Shown in pieces: positions 41,137 to 50,923 of a DNA stretch of 64,000 nucleotides. The stretch lies in the sequence record MW349128.1; one strand, 5' to 3'. The position numbers and the translations under genes were made by a program. Below the pieces are notes generated by a model. The model saw nothing but the letters and a program-made list of their open reading frames with translations. It had not been told where the DNA came from and ran no database searches. Within the stretch, counting starts at the first letter, position 1. Every line of letters starts with the position of its first letter.

Positions 41137-41556
41137 TTAATCTTCTAACTGCTCTGCTACACTATCAATAATAATTGCAGTTTCTCCTGATAATTGAGTT
41201 TCCATTCCATCGATAATATTTAATAATATTTCTCTATCTTTTACAGGAATATACGCATATTCAACATCAATAGCAAGTATATCTTCTTTAGCGTTTGGAA
41301 ATTCTTGAATATTAAGAATAATACTATTAGGATCATTAGGATCTTGAATTGAATTTCCTTCACTATCTTTTTTAGAAAATTCATTTATCATTTCTTCTCT
41401 ATCTTTAGCAAACTCTTCATGAGCTTCTTTAATATTATTAATAAATTTAGTACGATGTCTAGATTTATTACCATTTAATGGGATATTAAAAAGAATTTCA
41501 TGTACTTTATTAAGATCTTTATTTTTAATTTTTACTCTTTCAATTGTTTCAGTCAT
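41137..41556 (-). CDS. Tail-associated protein, DUF1617-like
   Basis: KIKNKDLNKV...SRHRTKF...INEFSKKDSEG resembles this siphophage tail-module family from memory. Confidence 0.55.
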   Translation of the reverse strand: MTETIERVKIKNKDLNKVHEILFNIPLNGNKSRHRTKFINNIKEAHEEFAKDREEMINEFSKKDSEGNSIQDPNDPNSIILNIQEFPNAKEDILAIDVEYAYIPVKDREILLNIIDGMETQLSGETAIIIDSVAEQLED

Positions 41557-41667
41557 TTTTAAATTTCTCCTTCATTTTTAATAATATATAATAAAAGTTA
41601 ATAATGCACTTTAAAAAATTACTCAACATTTTTATTATTATAATGATAATAGAAAGTAGGTAAATAT

Positions 41668-42930
41668 ATGCCTCAATTAGGAGAAAATAGTAATTATTCA
41701 ATGTGTACTGCATCGCCTTCATTATCAAGTGTCATAAGTGGTGTACAGTCATTTATGTGGAATTATTTTAAATCAATGTTCCCTAGCAATTTTTTTGCTT
41801 CAACTTATGTAAGTACAGCTTTGAATTCAAATTCTTTAAAAGATATGAAGAATTTAAAAAAGGGATATCCTCATTTAGCTATGACTACACAATTTGAATT
41901 AGGCGATGGTTTTATGTCTAGTTTACCGATGTGGCATAAAACAGATAGATTTGTAATGAAGAATTTAAAAAGAAATTATAGAATGATATTTGAAGATGAT
42001 ACAAGAGGTATAAGAATATTCATGGTACCTCAAAGATATAAAATAGTATTTAATTATGGTATATTATTGCAAACACAAATGGGTGCTTGGAATACTCTTA
42101 ATCATATTAATCAAACTTTTGAATCTGGTGGATATAATTTTGCAAATGAAATAAGAATACCAACACAATTACCAGAAATATTTATTGTAAATATATGTAA
42201 GAAATTAAATTTAGATATTAATAACAATGAAGATAGACTTAAGTTAAATGATTATATGATGTCTAATGGTTTAGGTCCAATAACTAACAAAAAAAATTTA
42301 GCCAATGGTAAAGAGAAATATACTTACGATTTTACAACTAATATACTTTTAAATTATCCAGATTTAGTTAATTATGAAAATGAAATAAGTAACTTAATAA
42401 ATAAACAGAGTGCAGTTAAATATGCAATATCTGCTGAATTATGGGTACCTGGTAGTTATATATTAGAAATTGAAGAAGACTTTAATATTCAAAGGGAGAT
42501 AGAAAATCCTGGTGAAGATATATTACAATTTGATATTGCTATTTTACAAGATATGATTCCTAAAGAAAATGATAGAGGAATGAAATTATTACTTGAAAGA
42601 AATTTCAATACTGAAATGAATGTTAAATTTGATAGTACTCCAATAGAGTCTATAATGGATAAAGACATAATAAAATCTATTAAAGAAATTAATAAAATTG
42701 GTGGAAATATAGAAAAAATTATTGAATTCAAATTATTCAGAAATAATAAACCTATGGACAAAAGTGAATTTTATATTGACTATGATAATTTCGAATTGAT
42801 TGTTAAAGAACCTCAGTCTAATGTAGTTCATACACTTGTATTATATGCAGATATGAGAAAGATTAATATGATTAATGAATTAATTAATCAAGGAAGAAAA
42901 AAAGATATTCATAAAATGGATATTTTTTAG
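41668..42930 (+). CDS. Hypothetical virion structural protein
   Basis: 420 aa in the structural region; no motif recognised. Confidence 0.6.
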   Translation: MPQLGENSNYSMCTASPSLSSVISGVQSFMWNYFKSMFPSNFFASTYVSTALNSNSLKDMKNLKKGYPHLAMTTQFELGDGFMSSLPMWHKTDRFVMKNLKRNYRMIFEDDTRGIRIFMVPQRYKIVFNYGILLQTQMGAWNTLNHINQTFESGGYNFANEIRIPTQLPEIFIVNICKKLNLDINNNEDRLKLNDYMMSNGLGPITNKKNLANGKEKYTYDFTTNILLNYPDLVNYENEISNLINKQSAVKYAISAELWVPGSYILEIEEDFNIQREIENPGEDILQFDIAILQDMIPKENDRGMKLLLERNFNTEMNVKFDSTPIESIMDKDIIKSIKEINKIGGNIEKIIEFKLFRNNKPMDKSEFYIDYDNFELIVKEPQSNVVHTLVLYADMRKINMINELINQGRKKDIHKMDIF

Positions 42931-42990
42931 AAAAAAAAAATATTAGAGGTAATGATCAAATTAATGATCATTACCTCAATTTTATTAATT
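42931..42990 (-). repeat. About 60-bp terminator cassette, copy 2 (bidirectional position)
   Basis: Reverse complement of 7702..7761; hairpin at 42946..42977 between convergent genes. Confidence 0.8.
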
Positions 42991-43780
42991 ATTTTTTATA
43001 TTCAATTAGAGTATTTACTAGTGACATATCTACATTATTTTCATTAGCAATTTTACTTGCTTGTTTCTTAATTTCATGTAGTAAACTATTAATATCAGGT
43101 TTAACTTGTGGTGGAAAATTCTTTAATATACTACTATTAATTTCATCAAATATTTCTGTAGCTTTTATAGATTCATTTAAGAAATCATTAATATAACTTT
43201 CAGAGAATAATTTAATTTCATTAGATTCTTCTTTTAATTCTAAAATATTATTACCGTTCATTAATTCTTCTTTATAGAAGAAAATATACATATCAATATA
43301 AGTAGCTACCATAATATTGTATATATTATAATAATTTAAATTATATTTCTTATTATATTCTTCTGTAATATAACTAGACATTAATGCAATTAATCTATCT
43401 TCAATATTTTCTTTTCCATCTGGAAACATTTCTGATTTATCTTGTTTTCTTAAGATTGTTAAAAACTCAAATATATTTTTAGCAAAGTTATAATCTTTAT
43501 TAAGTTCTAAACTATCTAAAAAGAAATCATTAAAATTATCAAAAGCAATTCCTTTAATAAAATCTGATTTTCTTCTAATCATTTTAAAACTATAAAAATC
43601 TCTAAATGTTTTTGTATCTTCAATATTGATTAATCTTCTTTCTAAATCATCAAATTCTTTTCGATTATCCTCTTCTTTAAGTTCATCCATAATATTTTTA
43701 GCTATATCAATTTCAATATCTTTCTTATCTTCCTTAAATAAATATATAGCCTTGATTAAAGCTTCTTCTGTCATATCCAT
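42989..43780 (-). CDS. Hypothetical protein
   Basis: 263 aa, early-type promoter at about 43833. Confidence 0.7.
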   Translation of the reverse strand: MDMTEEALIKAIYLFKEDKKDIEIDIAKNIMDELKEEDNRKEFDDLERRLINIEDTKTFRDFYSFKMIRRKSDFIKGIAFDNFNDFFLDSLELNKDYNFAKNIFEFLTILRKQDKSEMFPDGKENIEDRLIALMSSYITEEYNKKYNLNYYNIYNIMVATYIDMYIFFYKEELMNGNNILELKEESNEIKLFSESYINDFLNESIKATEIFDEINSSILKNFPPQVKPDINSLLHEIKKQASKIANENNVDMSLVNTLIEYKK

Positions 43781-43863
43781 TTCATCTCCTAATTTTTATA
43801 TAATATATAAATCTTTAATGATTTACATTTATATAATATATATTTAAAATAAATATTAAAAAT

Positions 43864-44499
43864 TTATATATCTGAAGCTTCTATAAGTTCATTATACTGT
43901 TCTATTTGATGGTCAAGTATATAGTCTTTATAATAACTTACAAATTCATTTACTTTACCAAATATTGATGATAATGGTATTATAATCTTACCTGCATGAG
44001 CTAATTGATGATTTGTTTTTGTTAATAATACTAATCCTACTTTATTCTCAAAATGTAATTTTAAAACTCTTTCAGCTATATCTATTGATGTAAACTGTTC
44101 ATCTTCCATGATAGCTTTATTTGTAACAATTTCAACAATTTCATAAAGAGTAAAAGGAAAGTGATGATATTCTGTAGTTGCCATATCTTCTGTAATATTT
44201 GACATTATTATATCATTTTTCAAATTGTATTCTTCTTTTAATATTGATAAATACTTTTTATATTCATTTGATCTTCTTACTAATCCTTCTACATTTTTAA
44301 TGAATTTCTTTAAACTGTTTTCTGATTCTATTTCAAAATATAGACTTGATATTTGAAACTTACTTTGTTTATTTACTAATATTGTATTATTATTAGAATC
44401 TTTTTTTATTAATACATTATTGATCTTATTATTTTTATTTAACTTTACTTTTTTATTATTTAAGTTATTGAATTTTATATCAATATTTTTATTATCCAT
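43864..44499 (-). CDS. Hypothetical protein with HNH-like His cluster
   Basis: EYHHFPF...VLLTKTNHQLAH. Confidence 0.6.
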   Translation of the reverse strand: MDNKNIDIKFNNLNNKKVKLNKNNKINNVLIKKDSNNNTILVNKQSKFQISSLYFEIESENSLKKFIKNVEGLVRRSNEYKKYLSILKEEYNLKNDIIMSNITEDMATTEYHHFPFTLYEIVEIVTNKAIMEDEQFTSIDIAERVLKLHFENKVGLVLLTKTNHQLAHAGKIIIPLSSIFGKVNEFVSYYKDYILDHQIEQYNELIEASDI

Positions 44500-44991
44500 T
44501 TTTATTCAATTCCTTTTTATTAATTAATATCAAATTCATTATTACTTTTTCTTTGAAATTTTCTTTTATTAAATTTAATATATTAATTTATTTTTAATAA
44601 TATTTTTAATTACTATTATTTTTTATAATATTAATTAAAATTAAAGAAAATTTTAAAAATTATTCCCCTAAAAAATATTTATTTATTATTTATATAATTT
44701 TATATTAAAAATATAATAATATATTCTGGAGATTTTCTAAAAAAATTTGTATAAATATTTCATTTCTTTAATTTTAATAATCTTCATTAATATATTATTA
44801 AGTTAATTTTATTTGTATGAATTTCATTATAATTTTTAATTTAATATATTTATTAATACCAATTTTAATATAAAAAATTAAAAATCAAAATAAATATATT
44901 ATTATATTTTGATAGAAATATAATAATATATTATTTTTTATTTGATAAAAATATAAATTCTCAAGTAACAACTAAATATTAAGAAAAATAA
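44500..44991. other. Extremely AT-rich divergent intergenic region
   Basis: Hand count of 31 G+C in 420 nt (about 7 percent) over 44521..44940. Confidence 0.8.
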
Positions 44992-47556
44992 ATGAAAGAG
45001 AGGATTTCAATGGCCATAGAATACACTGATTATAAGAACTTCAGTAAAGATGATTTAAGAAAATACAATCCTCTTTATTTTTATAAAGCCTTTACTGAAG
45101 AAGATATAGAAAATTTAGATGATATAGTTAAATTCTGTCAAGGTTTAATAATAAAAGATCAAGAATTTGCAGATAGATTAGAATCAAATGATTCTATGAT
45201 GGAGTCAGATTTATATATTAGAGCTAAAGAAAACACTTTAGATGATTACTATTCAGTATTTGATAAAGATAGTATTTTAAGAAACTATAAAGAACGTAAT
45301 CCATACTATGGAAAATTACAAAATATATATGATATTGATCCATATGTATCACGTACAGCAAATGATTTTGATATTATTAAAATAAGTAACCATACATTGG
45401 ATAAAAAAGAAGAATCATTATTATTAGAAAGTTATTCTGAAGCTCTTAATTATTTTAAAAAAGTAACACATACTAGAGCTTTTAATAATCAAGTTTATTA
45501 TAGAGAAATGTATTATATGTATTTAATTAATGCAACTATACATAGATATATAAACAAAACAATGTATAGAGTATTTGATGTTGATAGATATACTAAAAGA
45601 GATTTAAAGAATGCTTTCATTTCTAATGGACTTGATTACTTTGATGATTTCCCTTTAGAATATCAAAGAAGAACATACAAACGCATAAATGATTTAATTC
45701 GTAATAAAGGCACAAATGAAATATTTCCAATTATAGAAGATATATTCTCCATTAACTCCATAGACATTAATAAATATTATTTGGCTAAACATGAAGATGA
45801 TCTAAAGTTTTATAAAACAAATGTAAATGATAATCTTGATGTATACAATGATAATCAATACGGTTATAATGAAATCATTGATCTTGATCCATACTGGAGA
45901 AATACTAAAGAAGAAGTTATGGATAAAGCATTTAATGTAATACAAACTAAATATCTTTCTACCGATGCTGTTATAGATATAATTAATAATAGTAAATCTT
46001 TATCATTCTTATACAGTTTAATTAACTTAATGAAAGAAGATAAAGATATTATTGAAGATGATAGCTTTAATATGACTAACTCAAGAATCAGTTCTAGAAA
46101 GTTTAATGTTTTTGATGGAATTGTTACACTTAATACACTTGTCATAAATTATATTAAATGGAATGATAGAATCAAGAATGATAAGAATATGAATATTTAT
46201 GGTTATAATTTTAATGCAGATATTAAAGATACCGTAGATGATATTCGTAGTTATATTTATTCCAGACAATTTGATAAATCAGATTACACTGATTTTGCTA
46301 GAGAACTAAATTTCCTTAATATTAAGAAATTTAAAAATAGAAATACGCTAAGCTATGAAGATATTGTTAAAGAATATGAAATGTCTGATTTAGCTCAAAG
46401 ACAATTTAAATTTATTTCAGAAATAATGACCGGTATAAATGGTTCTACGCAATTAGAATACTATATTGAAAATGATTTAATTATAGATGGAATGAGATAT
46501 TTGTGGACACAGATATCTAAACCTGAAAGAGAATTTGATTTTAAAAATATATCTTACTATAAGAACTTTATGGAAATATACAAAAAATTTTTAAATGTAA
46601 TGATTCATGATGGTCGTATAAATAAAGAAGATGTATATTTAATTATGATAGAAGATAATTCTATTGATAAAGATATTGATGAATTTGTTAAAGTTATGAA
46701 TGTTAAGTTTTTAGATAAATCTTATCAAGATTATAAACAAAATAAAAATGAAGAAAATATAGATAATTTAGTAACATCTATAAGAAGATCAATAGATTAT
46801 TCAATTAAGAATAAATTATACACTCCTAAAAAGCAAATAACTAGATATCCAGCTTTAAATTCTTACATCAGTGATATATTAGCTTACAGTGATTCTGATA
46901 AAGATCTTATTAACATTTATGATATTATTGAAATGTATAAATATAATGAAGAATTTCGTAAAGAATTAGAAGAGTTAATATATAATTCAAATGATCCTCA
47001 TTTACGAAAAAAATTTACTAATCTCCATAAACAGCTATTTATAACTAATTCTAGTAATGATATTTTTAAAGGTTTTAAAACTTATTCAGATTATCTTAAA
47101 TTTAAAGAACCTGATTTGTATTATTATACAGTTGTTGAAAGTGAAATTTATGATGAAGATGTTTTTGATAGAGAAAATATTTTTAGAGAAAGAATATTTG
47201 AATTAGTAAGTAGTATTGATAATCATCTTAATCTTAAAGAACAGTACTTCACAAATAGTAATTTTGTAGGTGTTGTTAATTTTATTAGAGATTATATTAC
47301 TATATTGATAACTCTATTCAAATCATATACAACTGATTTAATTTATACAAGTCTATTATTTAAATTGGATGATAAATTTGAAAATAGTATTCATTTAATT
47401 GATGAAGGAAATATTAAATATACTGGAACTACAAAATATGTAGATAAGATTAATACATTAGATAATAGAAATATAACTGATAAGATCATCAGAAAAGAAA
47501 ATATTGAGATGAAAGACAATGTTAACATTTCAATAATCAAAAGGGAGGAAAATTAA
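44992..47556 (+). CDS. Large structural protein, probable baseplate component
   Basis: 854 aa with a late promoter at 44967. LIRNKGT resembles baseplate wedge KGT motifs. Confidence 0.55.
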   Translation: MKERISMAIEYTDYKNFSKDDLRKYNPLYFYKAFTEEDIENLDDIVKFCQGLIIKDQEFADRLESNDSMMESDLYIRAKENTLDDYYSVFDKDSILRNYKERNPYYGKLQNIYDIDPYVSRTANDFDIIKISNHTLDKKEESLLLESYSEALNYFKKVTHTRAFNNQVYYREMYYMYLINATIHRYINKTMYRVFDVDRYTKRDLKNAFISNGLDYFDDFPLEYQRRTYKRINDLIRNKGTNEIFPIIEDIFSINSIDINKYYLAKHEDDLKFYKTNVNDNLDVYNDNQYGYNEIIDLDPYWRNTKEEVMDKAFNVIQTKYLSTDAVIDIINNSKSLSFLYSLINLMKEDKDIIEDDSFNMTNSRISSRKFNVFDGIVTLNTLVINYIKWNDRIKNDKNMNIYGYNFNADIKDTVDDIRSYIYSRQFDKSDYTDFARELNFLNIKKFKNRNTLSYEDIVKEYEMSDLAQRQFKFISEIMTGINGSTQLEYYIENDLIIDGMRYLWTQISKPEREFDFKNISYYKNFMEIYKKFLNVMIHDGRINKEDVYLIMIEDNSIDKDIDEFVKVMNVKFLDKSYQDYKQNKNEENIDNLVTSIRRSIDYSIKNKLYTPKKQITRYPALNSYISDILAYSDSDKDLINIYDIIEMYKYNEEFRKELEELIYNSNDPHLRKKFTNLHKQLFITNSSNDIFKGFKTYSDYLKFKEPDLYYYTVVESEIYDEDVFDRENIFRERIFELVSSIDNHLNLKEQYFTNSNFVGVVNFIRDYITILITLFKSYTTDLIYTSLLFKLDDKFENSIHLIDEGNIKYTGTTKYVDKINTLDNRNITDKIIRKENIEMKDNVNISIIKREEN

Positions 47557-48392
47557 TGTTCAATTTTGAACGTTTTTCACGTAAATTGGTTGAAAATGGA
47601 GCTATGGAACAAGATCAAATAGATGATATAAGTTCTAGAGTTGAAACAAGAGATTCAAATTCTATAAATGTAAAATCTGGTTTTAAAGAAAATTTAAATA
47701 ATTATATTAAGGGTATTGTTAAATTTACAAATCCTAAAACAGGTGAGTTAATTCATCAAGAAGAAAATTTAGTTTTAATGAGAACTAGAGTTTGGATTTT
47801 AGAAAAACTATTCGGTCAAGGTATACCGTCTAATTATAATGGTGATGAAACTGAAGGAAGAACAATATGCTTATTTTCAGTAGGTTCAGGTGGAGCTGAT
47901 GTAAATAACTCTGCATTTACTCCATACACTGTAAAATTCTCAGATCAAAAATTAAACCGTCCTGTTCCTTTTGTAGTAGAAAATCCAGATAAAGAAAATT
48001 CGGATTTAACTGCAAATAATCCTAGTATGATAGAAGAACTATCAGAACAACAAAAGAAAAAATATTATCTATCAGAAGATAAACAAGATGGTACTACTAG
48101 TTTTTACGGTAAAAGATTTACTAATGCTACAAAAGATAAACCTTTAGGTGAATCAAAAGGATTTATTATTGATAATGAAGATGGTTCAGTTGCATTTTCT
48201 TTAAAAATGTCTGTAGAACCAGATGAATGTAGAGGAAGTATTATTAATGAGTTAGGTCTTTGGTTAGCTAAATATAATGAAGATACTAATAAATTTGATG
48301 GAACTGAATTAGCTACACGTTTAACATTTGATAGTCGTTCATTAAAGAATCTATCTGATGGTTTAGATATAGAATATATTATTTATATTTAG
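47556..48392 (+). CDS. Structural protein, probable baseplate or tail-fibre attachment
   Basis: GSGG...INELGLW...ATRLTFDSRSL...IEYII pattern; translationally coupled to the previous gene. Confidence 0.5.
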   Translation: MFNFERFSRKLVENGAMEQDQIDDISSRVETRDSNSINVKSGFKENLNNYIKGIVKFTNPKTGELIHQEENLVLMRTRVWILEKLFGQGIPSNYNGDETEGRTICLFSVGSGGADVNNSAFTPYTVKFSDQKLNRPVPFVVENPDKENSDLTANNPSMIEELSEQQKKKYYLSEDKQDGTTSFYGKRFTNATKDKPLGESKGFIIDNEDGSVAFSLKMSVEPDECRGSIINELGLWLAKYNEDTNKFDGTELATRLTFDSRSLKNLSDGLDIEYIIYI

Positions 48393-48403
48393 TGCAATAA
48401 TTC

Positions 48404-48431
48404 CCACAACGATATTTTATTATCGTTGTGG
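48404..48431. terminator. Bidirectional terminator
   Basis: Stem ccacaacgata/tatcgttgtgg between convergent genes. Confidence 0.7.
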
Positions 48432-48435
48432 ATTT

Positions 48436-48660
48436 TTATTGCCTATCTTTTTCTTGTTCTTTTATTTCTTCTAAAAGAGCTTCATTAAACTTAGATAATC
48501 TGAAAATTAAATTTCTTTGATTATTTGTTTCCTTTTCTATTTTTGTTAATTTTTCTCTTAAAGAATTCAACTGTTTAGTAATTCTAAAATAACCTAAAAT
48601 CAGTGGAAAACTAAAAATCAAAAAATAAATAAAGAGGCATAGTAAGACTAACTGTAACAA
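48436..48660 (-). CDS. Small membrane protein (74 aa; start moved to TTG 48660)
   Basis: GAGGGGG RBS, N-terminal TM, then coiled coil. Confidence 0.55.
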   Translation of the reverse strand: MLQLVLLCLFIYFLIFSFPLILGYFRITKQLNSLREKLTKIEKETNNQRNLIFRLSKFNEALLEEIKEQEKDRQ

Positions 48661-48709
48661 GACATTTCCCCCTCGATGCATTATAAATAGAAAGGAGCTC
48701 ATAAAATAC

Positions 48710-49378
48710 ATGCAATATAAAGAATCGTTTAAAGAATTTGATTTTAGTAGAGACTTTGAAGCTGTAGTTATAGATAATACAGATTTCGATGAAAAGTATG
48801 AAGTAAAGCTATTTGTGTATGAACTTATTATGACTAAATTGCAGGATTCCCCAAGAAATATCAAAAGAAACCTAAATATTAATAATATAATAAACGTAGA
48901 AGATTTAGATGTAAGAAGTCAAGTAGATATAGGTAATTATTTAATTTGTCAACCATTAATGAATAATGATTTAGATAAACCTTTAAGAAAACCTAACCTT
49001 TATGATAAAGTTATACTTAAATTCCATAATGGTAATCCTAAATTTCCTTATTACTATGATATGCATTTACCTAGAAAATATAAACCTGAAGAACCAATTA
49101 TTTCAAATAATAGAAATCTTAAAGGAAGTTATTACAGATTATTAATGTATAGGGAAGATAACATGAAAGGTAATGATGTTAATACAGTAGGTATCGCACT
49201 GACAGGTTTGGGGTATTCTGCTAATAAATACGATAGTGAAAACTATGTATTTGATAGAACTATGTTAAGTTCTTTATTACAGTTTCAGAGTGATAATAAT
49301 CTTAAACAAGATGGAGACGTTGGTCCTATTACATTTAATAAATTGATAGAGAAATATAATTCAATTAGTTATTGCTAA
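48710..49378 (+). CDS. Protein with C-terminal peptidoglycan-binding domain; N-terminus possibly a gp5-like OB fold
   Basis: GNDV..VGIALTGLGY...LLQFQSDNNLKQDGDVGPITFNKL is a PG_binding_1 pattern. AVVIDNTD at the N-terminus. Confidence 0.7.
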   Translation: MQYKESFKEFDFSRDFEAVVIDNTDFDEKYEVKLFVYELIMTKLQDSPRNIKRNLNINNIINVEDLDVRSQVDIGNYLICQPLMNNDLDKPLRKPNLYDKVILKFHNGNPKFPYYYDMHLPRKYKPEEPIISNNRNLKGSYYRLLMYREDNMKGNDVNTVGIALTGLGYSANKYDSENYVFDRTMLSSLLQFQSDNNLKQDGDVGPITFNKLIEKYNSISYC

Positions 49379-49403
49379 TTTTTAGAAAGAAGTGAAATAA
49401 AGA

Positions 49404-49988
49404 TTGTATTATGATATAAAACAAGATAGACGTAGAAGAAGTAATACATTTCAAACCCATGTAGTTATTACTCATATGAATAATTTAATACTTAAAGAAA
49501 ATAAGTTTAATGACAGAAATATATTAAAGGGATCTTACAAATATTCTTGGGGTAAAGTTCAGAATTATTTAATCAGACATGCTAATATAAGAGCTTTACC
49601 TATGCATTATTTCGTTGAATTGATAGACAAGGATTATGTAGTTATAGAAGCACTATCAGATTATAAACCTAGTTATTATTTACAAGAATTAGCAGATAAA
49701 GGTATCATACCTCAAAAATATAGAAATAGTATTCTAATAGCTATATCTGATGATTTTAGTTTATATAATCCTGACACTAGAATGTTTAAACATTTATCTG
49801 ATAAATTATTAATTCCTTTAGCTAAAAGACATAGACTTAGTTTTCATGAAATAAAATTAATAGATGAGATATATTCAGATGATTATATTGATAAACTCAA
49901 TACAAATCGTTTTGAAACTAAATCAATGATTAAATTTGATAAGCAAAGATTAAAAAATCAATTTAATATGTATAATGTAATGAAATAA
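49404..49988 (+). CDS. Degenerate amidase_2-like protein
   Basis: HVVITHM...MHYFVE...RNSILIAISDDF loosely follows the amidase_2 pattern. Confidence 0.4.
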   Translation: MYYDIKQDRRRRSNTFQTHVVITHMNNLILKENKFNDRNILKGSYKYSWGKVQNYLIRHANIRALPMHYFVELIDKDYVVIEALSDYKPSYYLQELADKGIIPQKYRNSILIAISDDFSLYNPDTRMFKHLSDKLLIPLAKRHRLSFHEIKLIDEIYSDDYIDKLNTNRFETKSMIKFDKQRLKNQFNMYNVMK

Positions 49989-50150
49989 ATTTATGATATA
50001 AATTAGTATTGTAACAAATTTTTATAGAAATTTATTTTTCTATAATTTATTCCTTTTTAAGTAATAAATTAGCGTATAGTTATAATGAAATTACTTATAC
50101 AAAGTTCTTTAATTTTATCCATATCCATTACTCCCTTATCCTAAAAATAT

Positions 50151-50182
50151 ATCCCAATACCTAAATTAATAGGTATTGGGAT
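50151..50182 (-). terminator. Probable terminator
   Basis: Stem atcccaataccta/taggtattgggat. Confidence 0.7.
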
Positions 50183-50186
50183 TTTA

Positions 50187-50900
50187 TTATCCGAAAAATA
50201 ATTTTTTTCTATTAGAATTATAAATAGAGTTATTTTCCATTTTTTCAACTAATTCTCTTCTTTTTTCTCTAGCATCTCTTAAATCATCCATATTTAGATT
50301 TAATTCACCAAAAGTAGTTTGTAAATTTTGAAATCTACCTCTCATAGAGTATAATGACATTTGAACATCATATGAAGCTAATTCTAAAAAGTAATCATGC
50401 ATATTATTTGGTATTGAACCAAAATGTTTATCATGATAAGTATTTGCAATTATTAATAGATTAGTTGTACTCATAACAGATCCATTCATTATCTCTATTT
50501 TATTAGGATGAAGATATCTAAATGTAGATGGATTTAAATTAATAGCCATTAAATCTGCCATCATTTGAGAGTCAATAGGTGAACCCATCATAAAACCTGC
50601 ATAAGGACTCATACTACCAGCATACCCAGTTAAATTAGAAATATTGTTATTAGCACCAATCACTCTATTAATATTAACTATTGGATTTGGTGAATCAATA
50701 TAATAAACATTCTGAGTTCCTTCTACTTTATCTTCAGGCTTTACTATTATTCTTTCTTGTTTAGGATGAAATTTACTAAAAGTAGGAATTGTAAATCTTT
50801 CTACTGTTTTAATAATCTCATCAGGATTTAGTTCTAACTCATTAAACAGAAATCCTGTATCACGTTCTATATAATTAAGTACTTCTGTATTAGTTATCAT
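50187..50900 (-). CDS. Probable neck / head-completion protein (T4 gp13-like)
   Basis: C-terminal TFGELNLNMDDLRDAREKRRELVEKM pattern and head-module context. Confidence 0.45.
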   Translation of the reverse strand: MITNTEVLNYIERDTGFLFNELELNPDEIIKTVERFTIPTFSKFHPKQERIIVKPEDKVEGTQNVYYIDSPNPIVNINRVIGANNNISNLTGYAGSMSPYAGFMMGSPIDSQMMADLMAINLNPSTFRYLHPNKIEIMNGSVMSTTNLLIIANTYHDKHFGSIPNNMHDYFLELASYDVQMSLYSMRGRFQNLQTTFGELNLNMDDLRDAREKRRELVEKMENNSIYNSNRKKLFFG

Positions 50901-50923
50901 AAACTATATCACTTCCATACATA

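Noticed and set aside
50070-50129. 19-codon minus-strand ORF MDMDKIKELCISNFIITIR after a GGGAG RBS
   Set aside because: It is too short and unsupported. It may be a gene remnant, but I cannot show homology.
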